From: Spirogloea muscicola
Taxonomy: Eukaryota
Assembly: GCA_009602725.1 (NCBI GenBank)
Contig: WELB01000030.1
Location: 200,304-264,303 of the forward strand
Direction: 5' to 3'
DNA length: 64,000 nucleotides
Under the pieces are notes generated by a model. The model made no database searches. It worked only from the letters and a program-made list of their open reading frames with translations, and was not told where the DNA came from. This document shows, piece after piece, positions 1 to 14,414 of the stretch. Position 1 is the stretch's first letter. Each line of letters begins with the position of its first letter. The translations under genes were made by a program, and so were the position numbers.

Positions 1-3000
1 ACGACGACCTGGTGCGCCGCCCCGCTGCAGCGCTGGCGGCGCGGCAGTCATTAGCGCGTGAAGCCCGTCTTGGCTGCCGGTGATGGCGGCGCGCCGTCGC
101 TGACGGCGCCGCCAGTCTCGCCCTCCGTCGGCACCGGCGGCCCTCTGGTTGGCCAGGAGTTCCTGAAGCGCGCGCAGGAGCTCAAGGGGGAGGGCAACGC
201 GCGCTTCGCGGCGCGCGACCTGGCGGGCGCGCTGGAGGCCTACGCCGCCGCGCTGCGCCTCACGCCGGCGCGCCACCCGGACCGCGCCCTCCTGCACAGG
301 CACCGCACACGTCCCTTCCAGCCCCCCTGACACGGCCTTTCTGAACCATATTACATGGTTTGGACGTCGTCTGATGATGGAGGTTTACGTTAGAGCTGCT
401 GTCTGAGCTCAGGGCTTGGTTTGGTGGACCATCTCTCTCGGGTCAAGGGAGCCAGGGTTGAGGCCTTCAGGCTCTGCAACCGAAGCCTTGCAGCAGTCCA
501 GCACCCTCTAGAGGAGTGCGTTGCTGGCCGCCGAGCTGCTGCTGCCGAGCATGCTTGCCCGGTTCCTTACCTGGGATAGCTGATGTCAAGTGAAGCTGAG
601 CTGCTGAGCTGAGCTGAAGCGTGCCCGGGTTTTGACCTGAGATAGCTAATGTCGAGTACAGCTGAGCTGCTGAGCTGCTGAGCTGAGCTGAGCTGAGCTG
701 AGCTGAGCTGAGCTGAGCTGAGCTGAGCTGAGCTGAGCTGAGGCAAGCTGAGGTGGGCTGCTCCTCTTCCTCCCCTCCTCCAGCAACCGGGCCGCCTGCC
801 TCTTGCTGAGCACGCCCCCAGCCTACCGCGACGTCGTGAACGAGTGCACATTGGCACTGGATGCGCACCCGGGATTCGCCAAGGCGCTGCTGCGGCGCGC
901 TAGGGCGTACGCCCACCTCGGCCAGGCCCCTGCCGCACTGGCGGACCTCGCTGCTCTCCTGCAGGTGACTTATGGAGCACTGCTTCCTCGCCCGGCAATG
1001 TGTCGTAAGAGTCGGCCTCAGGCCTGCCAGTTGATTGCCGACGTCCTGTTGCTGGCAGGTGGAACCAGCGAACCAGGATGCTTTAGACCTGCTGCAAAGG
1101 CTACGAAGCCAGCCGAAAGGGCCAAAGGCTGCGGCGGCTTCCGCTGTCATGCTGAAGGTCAGCACCTTAAGCCAGCCTGCACCAGGCTCGGCTGCGGCCG
1201 TGGCAGCGAGCAGCGGCAGGCACGGGAGCTCGCAACCAGCGGCGTCCACAACCACCAGTTCCAAGCAGGACAACAGCGCTGCCGAGGAACCTGAGGACAC
1301 GAGACCTGCTGCTAGGCGGCCAACTCAGGAGGCGGAGGGCGTGTCAGTTGCCAGAGCTGGCCTGTCACGGGTGGGAAAGGAGCAGGGAGGCGGGGTCGCC
1401 ATGCGCAAGCAGCAGGCAAGGGGGCCACTTGTGACGCTGAAGCTCGTGTACGGTGGTGACGACATCCGAAGAGCGGAGATGCCTTTTGGCTGCAGGTCGG
1501 TGCAGCAGCGCATTGGCATAGCCCCTTGCGGAAGCGCCACGGCGCAGCCCCATGTCACATCAGGGCTTTGTGCATTGTCTCACCAAAAGTGAACCTCCAA
1601 GGTGGCTGTAAAGGTTCTACCCTGATTCAGTACCCTACATTTGTTCCTGCGGTTGTCGGGGTTCTGCAGCTTCAGCGAGCTCCGGCAGATTGTGCAGGCA
1701 ACGTTTCCAGCTTCCAAGGCCGTCCTTGTGAAGTACAGGGATGTGGAGGTGAGCACGGCGCTTCCGTGAGGGGGCTTGCATGCCTGGTTTTAATGTTCAA
1801 CTGCAGAGGTGACCCTAGACTTGACGTTAGATCATGCCATCTATAGCGTAAAATTTGAACTCATTCTTAATTGTCAACTTTGTATCTAGGACCTTGGACC
1901 CTGGACATTGACTTTGGACCTTGAACTTGCTCTGCATTTCTACAGCATTTCTCGCACAGAGCCTGTGCAGGCCAGTAGAAGGCCGCTCATCCTGCCTGAT
2001 TGCCAGCTAGTTGTGCTCTACTAAATGCAGGGCGACCTTGTAACGATGACTAGTAGCCACGAGTTGCGGGAGGCCGAGGCCAGCCGTGGGGCTGGCCCTG
2101 GTTTTACTGCAGCTGAAGGGAAGGTTGCCGAGCAGGAGGGAGCGGGAGTCGCAGTGGCTGAACCGCCTGTTGCGTGCCGCCCGCTCAAGTTGTGGGTGAC
2201 AGAAGTTGCGCCTGAGTGGGAGCCGGCCACTTCCGAGGACGACAATAATTGTAACAGGGAAGACGAGGAACTGGCAGACAAGAGCGAGCCCATGGCAGCG
2301 GCACTCGCTACTGCAGACGTGGCTGTTGCAGAGGATGAAAGTGAGAAGAGCACGGCCACCATTGCTGGCAGCGGCCGCAGGGTGGAAGAGGAGGAGCCTG
2401 GCGTGGTGGAGACGGTCCTTGACGAGTTTGTCTGGGACTTTGTGGATCTCTTCAAGGCTAGGCTGGGTGCGAGCTGCACCTCGCGCTGCAATCACTTGCC
2501 AAAGGACATTTGGTCAGTCAGTGACCATGGTTCACCATGCAATCTCAATCTCGGAATTTTCTGTGGAAGCTGCAATGTAGAGCACTGCTGAAGCGAATGC
2601 TGCTGTTGTGACAGGCATCGACCTGCTCATGACCAATGAGCAGATCAAATTTGGTGCTGAGGACCTCCAGGCAGCATTTGAGAAGACGGTACAGAGCGAG
2701 GCAGCGGGCCCGCTTCTTGAGCGAGCTGTCACCCATTACCAAGAAGCAGTAATGGTCGAGAACTCCCAGCTCTGCTTTTCGTTCACTTCTCACATATCAC
2801 ATTGACCCTCAAGTGGCTTAGTCTGAGGAAGAGGATGTCAACCCACAAGCAAAATGCTGTAAATTTTCTACCTTCTGTGCCTTCTGTTGCAGTTTGGGCT
2901 CGCTAGTTACAATTGGGTACAAGGGCAGCTTGTGCTGGCAAGGCACCGGCTGCAGCCTCCTGGAAAGCTTAGAGCTGGGGATGCAGAGAGCCTTCCTGGC

Positions 3001-4723
3001 AAGCTGGAAGGCAGCGAGCTGGGAGGCAGCGAGCTGGAAGGCAGCAACGAGGCTGATGGCAATGCGGAAGAGACAGACGGGAAGCCAGATGTGGACACCT
3101 CCGATGAGGACAAGATGAAAAGGAAGGAGGCTCTGGGGCTGGCAGTTGAGCAATACGAGCAGGCAATTGCCACGATGGAAGTGATTGAGGCGCTAATTCC
3201 CAATTTCCTCGATGTAAGAGCTCCAATGCGCCTGGTGAGAGAGAGAGAGGGAGAGAGAGACTTTCTGGGACACATGCGCTGTGCATGAAATTGCAACCAA
3301 TTGACACACGTTCAGATACCAGACCTGTATCAGGATTATGCTGATGTCTCGAGCACCATTCCTGAGAAAGTCACCAGATTAAACACATCTTCATCAGATA
3401 TACTAGACCTGTATCCGTGACATGCTGATGTCTCTTCTGTCCTTTGTTGGCTGCCTCTCCAGGGGTATCTATTGTTGGCGACTGCCCGTACAGACCTTGC
3501 AAAGTTCCTGGCTGAGAAAGGAGAGCTAGAGGGTGTTGAGGACCCTTCTCACCAGACATATGCCTTCCTTCAAGCGGCCAAGCAATGCTTTGCTTCTGCT
3601 GAGAAGGTCAGCAACTCTCTTCACATCAGGAACTTGTGTTCTCCTAATTTGTATGCTTCATAAGTCAAAGCTCTAAAGCTCTCCATCAACTTTAACTGGC
3701 ATAGTGAATCCTTTGACTGCTCATATTCAGGAGCTAGTGAGACTGGAAAAGGAAGAGAGAGAGCACATGCTCAGGGACGATGCAGCCACAACAACCAGTA
3801 GTAAGGACAAGCCAGAGGACACTGAGGGGGTGGTGGGGACCGCTGAGGACGGAAGTGACCGCGAGCATCAGAGCCGTTTGGACGACATCCTGAGCTACCA
3901 GGGCCAGGTGGCCTCTCAGCACGCAGCGGTGGCCCTCGAGCTCTCCAAACTAGAGGTGAGAGTCTCCTCACTTGTGGCAAGCAGCAGCAGTCCTGCCAAC
4001 CCTGAGTGATTCTGCAAGTTTCTTAAGTTGGACGTGTGCCCAATCAATTAGCACTTCTCTAACTTCTAGGATGAGACATTCTCAAGCAGTCAAAGCAGTT
4101 GTCCACACTGCTTCCAGGCTCACAGTCCTCTCTGCACTGAGGCGAGGCGATGCACACTAACGTGTGTAGTCTGCCAATACCACGTGGTACAGTATGCCAG
4201 GGACGACCCACACTGGCGGGTGTTGTTGGATGAAGCAGCCCGCCACTACAGACTCAGCGGGTTGACAGAGAAGGAGGTCGAAGAGACGTTGAGGCAGCAT
4301 CCCGGACACACAAGCAGCGGTGGAGCAGAAGAGGGAGTACGTGAGTCGTCGGTCGAAGGTGACCAGACGACGACAGCCTTGCCAAGCGAAGCCCAATCTT
4401 CAGAGTTGATCAGTGACACTCCAGAGACGCAGGGGGAAGAGGAAGACGCTGATGTAACAAGAAGCAGCAATACGGAGGTGGTAGATGGAAGTCCAATAGA
4501 GGCCGCTGATAGCGCTGTGGAGCCTGTACACAGTAATGGAGACCTGGCAGAGGACCCCAATGTGGTGATCCTAGGCAACGAGGAGGATGGTACTGCTCCT
4601 GAGGACAGCTCCGAGAGAGACGGCGAAGTGGACGAGAAGTGCTTGAGCAAGAGCAGTAAACGGAGGCGGAATCGAAAGCTGAGTGCACTTCGGGCAGGTG
4701 CAGAGAGCACCCATGGCACATGA
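1..4723 (+). CDS. TPR + PB1 domain protein (PHOX/CLMP1-like), multi-exon; start probably upstream of the window
   Basis: TPR exons (ELKGEGNARFAARDLAGALEAY; LLH|SNRAACLL; ECTLALDAHPGFAKALLRRARAY) and PB1 exons (LKLVYGGDDIRRAEMPFGC|SFSELRQIV..VLVKYRDVE|GDLVTMTSSHELREAE..PLKLWVTEV). Acidic C-terminus; stop at 4721-4723. Confidence 0.85.
594..745. repeat. (GCTGA)n pentanucleotide tandem repeat inside intron 1, overlapping a ~58 bp local duplication
   Basis: Perfect run agctg-agctg at ~680-742. The unit gcccgg..acctg.gatagct.atgtc.agt occurs at ~557 and ~623. Confidence 0.9.
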
Positions 4724-5301
4724 CTTGCCCGAGAAAAGCTTCGCACATCCCTAACATTATTCTATTTATGTGACATTCAGCAGGATAGCATTACAAGCCC
4801 CCACTGATGGTGTTCTGAAGTCCTGGAGCAGCTTCAAAGACTCAGTGTGCATAGACTTATAGCACTACGTGCCTTCGGCTGCCATCCATTGTGGTAGGTA
4901 GCTGATGACGTGGTGATCGGTGAAGGAGACTAGCTTCAGAGCTTAGACAGCACCCAATCACCTGCCCCATATTCTTGCTTGCTTGCTGATCTCTCAGAAG
5001 ACAGCAACTAGCTGATGTGATCCACATTCTGCAGTCCTGACATTCGAGTACCAATTTCTGGAGATTTTGTGAGGACACTTACACAGAAGATCCACCGATG
5101 TTATCAATTCCATGCATTGGGATGGACTGACAGACAAGCCTGCTCAGAGTCAATCATACAAGCAAGACAGCCCTGCATTTGTGATGTCAACTCCGCCTTT
5201 CAGCTCAACTAGAGGCTGTACAAGTAACAAGATTGTGAGGGTTGGTAGCACAACACGAGCTCTGAAGGAGCACAGCCCGGCCGGCAAAGTGGTAGGGCCA
5301 C

Positions 5302-7167
5302 TCAAGCCGAAGTCTCCACAGCTACAGCAGGGCCCTCATTGACTGTGCTGGTGGCAGCGGAGTCGCCAACGCTCTTCCGCCAGCCCAGAAAGCGGGCGCC
5401 GTCCTTGTCCACCACCTTGATGATGAAGTTGGGGGGTGCAACAACGAGGCGCGACCGAATTTCCTCGATGCACTTGTCGACAAGAGCCAGGGCATCGTCC
5501 AGGGACATGCCCTTCTTGTAGTACTTGTCCATCATGGAGAGGACAAAGAATCCGCCTGCAGCGTGCAAGTAGTCCATGTATGAATGAGAAGTTCAAGCCA
5601 AGCTCTGCACTGCATGCAGAGCAGATATACAAATCCCCAGCACGAGCTGGAATTGCAGGCCTGTGGTATCTCTTATACGGACTTTTAGTTGAGCAGGACA
5701 GACAATGTGGGGACACGTGATGGAAACAAGACCAAGCGTTGTTAGTGCAGCTGCAACATTCGCGAAGCTGCTGCGATAGTCAGTGACACGATCTCTCCGT
5801 GGAGTATTTAAAAGGCTGGGAATGGAAAGTTTGGTAACCATTGCCACATGTGCCTCATCACCGCCACAAACTTTAGGACAGCAGCAACAAGTGCGAGCAG
5901 TGTGCAGCAAGGGGTGTACCGTAACCCATGGCGCCTTTCTCTATTTTGTGTAGCGTGGAGATATAATCGAGGAAATACAAGGAAGGCCCAACACCTTTGT
6001 CGAAGCCGGCGAGCATCAGGTTGGTCTGGTAGGGGCTCTGCAGGGCAAGGAGAAAGAAACAAGCGCAAGGACAGACGTTAAATCAGGGCAGTTGGCCATG
6101 ACAAAAACTGTCACAGAGTGCTGGGTCATGTCCTAGATGTGGCCCAGCATTTCGGGCATAAGCCTTTGGCAACAGATGCTCTACAAAACGTTTCCTCTCA
6201 GTAACTCAAGACAAGCCTTCCTTGAAGGAACATTACTCTGCCACAAGCTGGCACTCAAGTCAGTGATTATAAGCACAGGTAAGTAAAACAACCGTAAAAC
6301 TTTCTTCATTGATCTGCATCAGCAGTAGGCCCTTGTCTTTAGATGGAAGGCAGGATGGCCTTGTGGGGGTCTAAGAGTCAGCAGAGACTTGCCTTGCGGA
6401 GCGCCTTGGCGAGCTCACCCCGGGTGAAATTGGCAGCTGCCGCAGTCGATAGCTGTATGCCGTTCCTGAATTGGTATAGGTGGATGTTCTTCTGTATGTA
6501 CTCAGAAAATTGCACCCTGCTCGTGGCAAAGGCACAGAGTCAGCTCCGGACGATTGACTAATGGATAAGGGCCTGCTAGACTTGCTGAGTGACTGACACA
6601 GTTGATGTGCACAACTTGCGCAACTCCAGTTGGCCAAAGGATCTCACAACTCCTCGAGAGAAGTCAAATGGCGCGGAAGTGGAGATATATAAGTTGAACA
6701 ATTCACAGAGACCAGGGGCTCAAGAAGAGAGTCGTGGATGACAGTGAGGCCCTTGGTGTAATGCCCAACACCCCGGCACAACGACTAGACACCAGACGCT
6801 TGCCTCCGGCTGAAGCCATGACATAATCCTCGGCCTCACTAAACCCTCAAAGCCCAGTTCAACATTTAGCATGATGAGCAATATTCAAGACCTCCAGAGC
6901 CGTTCTAATACAGCTAGCCGGACTTATTCACAGGCCACACTCAGCTGGGCCGCCGGGAGGCCAGCTGTGACGTCCTGCCGAGGGGAGCGAACGCTGGAAG
7001 CGGGCGGACCTGTCGCCGGTCTCGCCGGTGTTGCCCAGGAGCTTGTGGGAGTCCAGGGCCATGATCTTGTCCTCGTCCGTCTTCTGCACCACGATGGACT
7101 GCACCGCCGACGAGTCCGCCACCAGCAGCGCGAAGCCGTCGCCCACGAGGCCGAAGAGGCAGTCCAT
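5302..7167 (-). CDS. PBD1: 20S proteasome subunit beta type-2 (beta-4)
   Basis: [118 protein letters not shown]. Four exons. Confidence 0.95.
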
Positions 7168-7779
7168 GGCGGCAGGCCCCGCTTCTTGTACAAGAAATGC
7201 AGATTTGGCAGCCGGGGAGCTCTCGATTCCTAAATCCTGATATCTATGACGGCTCCACGCACCCGACGCCTGGCCCTGCGCCCGCCGCCACAGCCGTCCG
7301 GCACGCCGCCCGGGCTCCTCGCAGCGGCAGCTACGCCGCGCCCGCCGCTTCTTCGGCGCAGCGGGAACGGCAGGGCGCGGCAACGCCGCCCTCCGCCCGC
7401 CGCTTAGGGCACGCCGCTGAGCTGTCGACTTTCCTGCGACGCGCGAGCGGATGCCGCACGGCGGCGGCGGCGGCGGCGGCGGCGGGCTCATGCGTGCGGC
7501 CAAGCATCGCCGGCGGCCATGGCGGGCGCCGGTTGAACTTCCCCGCGGAAGCGTGGAGAGCGCGGCTGCAAATCAGGGGCAGATGAGTGCATACAGTAAA
7601 GTAGGCATACAGAGAAGATCCAAGTCTCTTGTCTCACTGCAGAAGAAAGTGCAGAGGCTGACGGAGCCGTCAGGCTGGGCAACTGCGCCCTCTCAGCAAC
7701 CAGCAGCAGGAAGTGAGATGAGATGGGTCTTGAGGGGAAGGAGAGATGGTAAGTTCTTCCGAATCTTGTCAAACTCCTT

Positions 7780-9289
7780 GGGCTGGCTACTCACAGCCTT
7801 TGCCTTACATCGAGAAAGCTGTTGTCAGCCAAAAGCGCTGAAGGCTGTGAAAGCCAGCCCAAAAAGGTTCGTAGGAAAGACAGGCATATGCAGAAGACCT
7901 GCGCTAGTGAGCCAGCGTTGTTGAAGTAGGCCTGCTCGCCCTGCCTGCGGGATAAAGCACGGTGCGCAAGCGGGGTTAACAGGTCTAGCCACTGAGACTA
8001 GAAAGCCCCGTGCCCATCAACAGCCAGTGGAATGACATCGTCCCCGTTTTGGATGTAGAAGAGAGGGAGACTCTTCCAGGTTTTGGATGCCCAGGGACGT
8101 CATCATCGCCGCACACTTGACATTGTGGGCGTGCAACCTGGTGGAGGACCACGGGCCTTGGTTGCTTTTGTTGTTACGGAGGCTTACAAAGGTCCAGCTT
8201 CGACACACATCGCAGGCCACGCAGTGGTCGGTGCAGAACAAAGAAAGCTGCAGCACTCCTTCGATTATCCCCGGTGCGATCAGCTCCTGCCAGCTGCAGT
8301 CGACATCTTTGGCTCTTTAGGTCCTCGTTCCATACTCTCCTTCAGAATGTTGCCAATTCAGGCGATGCACGACTTGCAGATGTATTTTCGGCTGAGATGG
8401 GCATGCCAGCTGCATATCTGTCGTTCTTGCGACGACGAGTTTCGGGCTGTTTGCAGCGTGCTCAGGCTAATGCTTTGCACCAGAAAGCTGGGCAAGCTCT
8501 AGTTGGTGGCAGAAGGGCTGCGTATCTGCCATCTAGTATTCAGGCATCGATTAGCGACCTTCATGTATTGACCCGTGGTTACTGAGCGGGTCAGATTGCT
8601 GTAGGTGATGTACGTCTCCAGATGTGCTTGCCGTTGTACTTGGCTATTTGGCCTTTGGGTGTTTCAAATACACGAATAACTTATTAAAGGAGAGGGCGAT
8701 GGCTGCAATTGGCCAGCTCATAAAATTGTTCAATTCTCAAATCAGATTAAGAAATGAAAAGCTCTTCCAATTTAGTACGGCAGTGGCTGTGAGAGGTCAA
8801 CCCAAAAAGACTGAACAAGGTCCAAAGGGCCGAAAGGCGCCAACATTACACAGCTATAATATGTCCTTATCCTACCGAACCCAGACCTTGTTCATTCTTG
8901 TGGGCTGGCCTCTCACAGCCACCAGTCATTTGGAAGCGCTGTTCTCTATTCTACTGGAAAAGCTTTGAGAAAGCGGCTTTGGGCCCTTTGGACCTTGTCA
9001 GGCTATCACAGCCCCTTTGTGAGAGCAACATTTTTCTTATTATGCTACCATGCAAGAGACTGCACCGGATCGGAATTAAGTAACCCCGAGTAAGCAGCCG
9101 CAAGTCGGAGTAGCTTGCAAGGTCTAAAAGAAATGGTCCAAAGAAATGGCCCGCCCGTCAAGAAGAGGGGCTGGCAAAGGCCAGCCCAAAAAAATTGGAC
9201 AAAATTCCGAAGTGCCAAAGAAGGTGCCGAACAGAAAAACTACACAGCGAAATACGAGACGTCGCAGAGGGAAGCTTCGTACCCACAAG
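7780..9289. mobile_element. Cluster of decayed CRE-like non-LTR 3' fragments in both orientations
   Basis: The + strand at 8083-8585 reads TLDIVGVQPGGG..AEQRKLQHSFDYPRCDQLLPAAVDIFGSLG..DLHVLTRGY*, matching the RLE domain of the 26.4-29.8 kb element. The - strand has PLAVDGHGAF (~8000-8030) and ASYSDLRLLTRGY (~9080-9120). GGGCTGG...CAGCC motifs at ~7845, 8790, 8900 and 9170. Confidence 0.85.
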
Positions 9290-9290
9290 N

Positions 9291-12200
9291 GGCGGCGGCG
9301 GCGGCGGCGCGGCGGCGCGGCGCGGCGGCCGCCCGGCGCTGCCGCTTCGGGCGCAGCAGGCCTCCGGCGCGCGCTCCACGACGGCGTTCGTCCAGATCCT
9401 GGGCACCGGCATGGACACGGGCGACACCGCGCCCTGCGTCCTCCTCTTCTTCGACCAGCGCCGCTTCGTCTTCAACGCCGGCGAGGTGCCCGAAACCGGC
9501 CTCCGCTGTAGGCCTCCTCCTCGCTGCCAGCGCGGCAGCACGCAGCCACCCATGGCGGCTTTGCGCCTGCAGTGCCAAGTCGTGTGGCCACGGCAGTGGC
9601 TATCGTGCTACGAGTGGAGAAAGCTGGCAGAGTCTGTCATAAAATGGGAGCTCGACTATGCTGCCTCCGGCCGGAGTGGTCATTCAACTTAAAGCCCTTT
9701 ACTTCTCTTACTCTCTCGCTCTCTCTCTGTCTCGTCTTCCCTCTGCCCCCTCCTCTCGGGCTCGCCTTGTCACAGGGCTTGCAGAGGTTCTGCACTGAGC
9801 ACAAGGTGCGCCTATCCCGGGTGAGCCCCGACAGCCTCAGCCAGCGCTACGCTGCCGCTTGCCGCCTCTCCCGCATTGACGATGCGCATGTACGATCATT
9901 GCAAGTCCAGCTTCAGCTTTATGGGGTCTGACCTCCATTCTCTTGGCCTCTAGCAGATCGACCACGTGTTCCTGACCCGCGTCTGTAGCGAGACGGCTGG
10001 CGGCCTCCCAGGTGACCCCTGGCTCTGGCTCCTGATCAGCGTACCTACATTGCTCCTACATGCATGCAAACTGCCGTGGCTCCATACGTCGCAGCCTGCC
10101 TGTGTCATACCTCCACAAGCCAACCCCTGCACCATTAGCCTCGGTATCTTGACACCCTTTGACGCAGTCACGCCGAGCCTTGACCTGCGCTGCTGGAGGT
10201 CATGGCCATCCGAGTCTAGGCTCGGGTTGGCAGAGCGCCCATGCTCCAGGAATTGAGCTGCGGATGACGGGCTTGCTCTCCTTTGCCCTTTCTGAGGCAG
10301 GGCTGCTGCTGACGCTGGCGAACATCGACGACGTTGGCCGGGGGGTGCGTGCGCGCTCCTACTAACCAGGTTGCACATTCTGCTCGTCATGGTGGCTGGC
10401 GAGACTGCCCTCGCGCACCTAGTCGCCCAATGCTTGTACAATCGCTCTCACACAATAGCTCTGCCGTCTTGACGTGGGTGAGCAGGTGAAGCTGTGGGGC
10501 CCGTCGAACCTGAGCTACCTCCTCGACGCCATGCGCACGTTCGTCCCGGGCGCGGCCATGGTCCACACCCAAACGTTCGGCGAGGCAAAACCCCCGCCGG
10601 GAGCCTTGGCAGGCGATGGAGGCGGTCGCAGCGGCGGCAGGGCAACGCTGCTGCCACCGGATGTTGTAGACTCCCCCGAGGAGCTCCTCCATGAGGACGA
10701 GAATGTTCAGATCTCGGCTGTCGTCCTGCGGCCACGGCTGCAGGCCAATCCCAGACAGCCCACCGGCAAGCTGACGCCTCCTATTGAGCGAGCTCCGCCG
10801 CCACCAGATTCCGGCAGAGCCACGCAACAGGTCGCGGACCTGGGCTTTGGTGCTGCAGAACCCTGGCTGCTGGGCTTTCCCTCGGAGCCAGACGCTGCGC
10901 CTGCTGTCAGCGCCAGCTCTGACGGCAGCGAAGGTAACCACAAGCCCAGTGCCAAGCGAGCCAGAGCGGCCGCGCAGGTGCGGACGACTGAGCAGCACGC
11001 CGCCGCTGTCAGAGGGGGACCTTCGGTTGTGTACATCTGCCGGATGCCAGAGCTCAAGGGCAAGTTCGACCCTGACAAGGCGCGGGCGCTTGGCCTGCGC
11101 CCCGGCGCCAAGTACGCGCAGCTCCAGCGGGGTGCCAGCGTGGTATCGGATGACGGCACGAGGACGGTGAGCAGCCTGCTACTTGGCCATGATTGTGTTA
11201 TCTGAAGAGATCATGCGACAGCTTCCAACATAACAGCTAGGCTCAAATTCCGCGCGGGAAACCTTCCGTGGCACCTGCACAGATACATTCCAGCGACGTC
11301 ATGGGCCCGTCTGAGTCGGGAGCGGTGCTGCTGCTGGTGGACTGCCCCACGGCACGCCACATTCCGGCGCTGGTCGCCTCCTCCGCCCTCGAGCAGCTCC
11401 GCGCTGCCAAGGACGAGGTTGTGGCTGGTGCCGACCATGCAGAGGCGCAAGGCATCGGCTCAGCTGCAGTTGGCAACAGGCAGCGGGCCACGTGCGTAGT
11501 GCACCTCGGCCCGCAGGCGGTGCTGGACACCATGGCGTACCGGCAGTGGATGGCTTCCCTGGGCCCACAGGCCAGCCACATACTTGCCGGCCATGGTCGG
11601 TGAGCTGCCGCTGTCTGCCTCCTTGCAAGTACAGTAGGGCATTTGCATCAATCTGGTGTTTCTCAAGCTTAAAGCAAAATGTGGGTTACATTGAAGAGGG
11701 GGCGTGTGCTCATGGTGTGCTTTATCCTGCTGCTGGTCCTAAGGTGGTGCTATCAAGGTCACCAGTGGCCTTTGGCCTGCTCTACTGACGAGCCTGCCTG
11801 CTGAACGACAGGCAAGGACACGTGCCGCCGACCTTGGCATCCAGCGCAAAGATAACAGCGCGCCTCAACCTCATCTGCCCTCGCGCGTTCCCTATCTTCG
11901 GAAGTGCTACATCAAGCAGCCTGTCAGCCCTGCCACCTGGCCTTGGCGACATCTATAGAAACAAGGTGTGACCAAGAATGCAAGGATCTAGCTTTGAATA
12001 CCTGTGCTTGCGTGAAATCTGCAACTCTATGGGCTTGCTTGGAGCTTGGCTTAAAAACTTGTCCTCCGCCGTGTTGCTCTATACAGTTGCAGGATCTGGA
12101 AGGCATTGGCCCCGTCCAGCATGCTCAGAACCTCATGAAGGTGATGCACTTTCCTTTGGCTTTGCATCGTCACTCAGACATGTTGCCAGCTCACAGCGTC

Positions 12201-14414
12201 TGCAAGCATTGTGGTGGCTTGCTCGGATCGTGACGCTGCCCTGGCTTGTGTGCAGTTCCGCTTCTCTCCCAAAGCCCACATAGGCCTGGACCTGGCCGCG
12301 GTGCCTGAACAGGTCGATCTGCAGGAGGTCTGCCAGCAGCTTATCAGGGACAATCCGGACGTTGTGGCCGCAGCAGAAAGGGTGGCCCAGCTCTGGCAGG
12401 ACGATGAGCGAGAAAGAAAGACAGACACCGCTGCGCGGAGCCTGAGAGAGCCTATCCAGGAGAGCCAATGTCAGGTCGGCGGGAGTGTGAGTGGCATGAC
12501 CCGGAGCAACCATGAGAGACAGCAGGTCTTTGTGGAGGAACCCTGGCTGGTGGAGAGTCAGAGGGATGCTGCGGCCGTCTGTGGGACTTGTGATGATGAT
12601 GCATCCTCCAATGCTTCATCCAGAGATGATGCAGGAATGGCAGCCACAGCAGGAGCAGGTAGGACGTCGGGTGCTGTCGTCCCAGATTGTCTTAAGGAAG
12701 TAGGCAGGGAGGAGATGGAGCTGGTCTTTCTGGGGACGGGGTCTTCGCAGCCTTCCAAGTACCGCAATGTGTCCTCAATTTATGTCAACCTATTCCACAA
12801 GGGCGGGCTCCTTCTTGACTGTGGAGAAGGGACTTATGCGCAGCTGAAGCGCAGGTGCTAGTCTTTCGTTGCTTCGTGGTTTCTTCGGCCCTGGCTGTGC
12901 TCTGCAGGGTTGCTTGTGGGTCATCAATCGTAGAGCTGGCTGTACATCACTCTGTGACCCTTGCTTCCAACAATTGAAAGCTCGCAGTATCAATCTATTG
13001 GGAGAGATGATATGTGCTAAAACTGCTGTCTTTTGACCTGCCCAGGCACGGACCCGAAAATGCGGATGCAATTGTGGCCGGTTTGAAGCTTGTGTGGATC
13101 TCTCATATCCACGCGGATCACCACGCAGGGCTTGCCAGAATCCTGACTGCGAGGTGTCAGCTGCTGGGAGGCCCCAGGCAAGCAAAACCTATTGTGGTGG
13201 TTGGGCCAAAGCCATTGAGGCGGTTCCTGGATGCATACGAGAAGGTGGAGGATTTGTGCATGACATTTGTAGACTGCAGCCAGACGACATATGAGGCTGA
13301 TAAACTGGTATTGGCCAGACCACATATCACGTTGCCTGAGCTTCCATGCGGCAGCATGTTGGTCAGACGCTTTGCGCTCTAGATTTCTTATAGTGTCTTG
13401 CTGGGCTTCGCTGAGGCCAAGCCGTAGAGTGCCAATTTGGGTGCTAATAGGCCTCTCTCTTGCCAGAATTTGTGTATCCGAGAACTTTCGGGATCCTTTC
13501 TTATTGGTGTTTGAGGAAGCCGTGCAGGAGGTTCAGAGCAGTGAGAGGGACAACGGAAGAAGGCCAAGTGGTGAGGCCGGGCCAAGCCCAAAAAGGGGCG
13601 GCTTAATACAGATGACAGACAGGGGTGGCAGGCGAGGCACTGGGATGCAGAACTACTGGTTGCAGCCGGGCTTCAACCTGCAGGACGGCCTGGACATGCA
13701 GGGAAGGAAGGGGGTGGCAGCAGCGCTTTTCGAGCTGGGGCTAGCCAGGCTCGTGAGCATACCCGTTGTGCATTGCGCGCATGCGTATGGTGTCCTGCTG
13801 GAGGCTGCGCCAAGTGAGAGGCGGCATCGTGGAGATCTTGGACCTCCATGTAGCGCACATGTGCCAACGATGGGGTTGGGGTGGAAGGTCGTGTATTCCG
13901 GTGACACACGGCCATGCGAGGCCCTGGTGGAGGCCAGCTGCAATGCAACTGTGCTCATTCACGAGGTGAGATACTGTTGCCGGAGGCTAGTATTGCTTCC
14001 ATGAAGCAGTTACGCTTTTCGCTATTGGGTAAGATTATTTGCAGTATGGTTGTTGCTGACTATGCGTCTTCTATACTTGCTTTGCAGGCCACCTTTGATG
14101 ATGGCCTTGAGGAGGAGGCACTGGCAAAGCGGCACAGCCTGACTAGAGAGGCTGTGGAAACTGGCGTCAGGTCGGGTGCATTTCGCACGATCCTCACGCA
14201 CTTCAGCCAGCGGTATCCGAAGGTGCCTGTGTTCGATGACAGCTGGACAGCTCGAACGTGCGTTGCCTTTGACCTCATGAGTGCGAACCTTGCCGACCTG
14301 GACAGGCTGCCCCAAATTCTGCCAGCTCTGAAGCTGCTCTTCAAGGACGAGATGGCTGCAGACGATGAGGACGATGCCAATCTGGCTCCTGCTGAGGCCA
14401 CTACACTCACGTAG
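9291..14414 (+). CDS. TRZ: Long-form tRNase Z (ELAC2/TRZ3-4-like); 5' end lost at the N at 9290
   Basis: [78 protein letters not shown]; metal motif [35 protein letters not shown]. Confidence 0.95.

Noticed and set aside
467..1300. Minus-strand ORF with SSAQL repeats
   Set aside because: It is a translation of the intronic (GCTGA)n repeat and the antisense of TPR exons.
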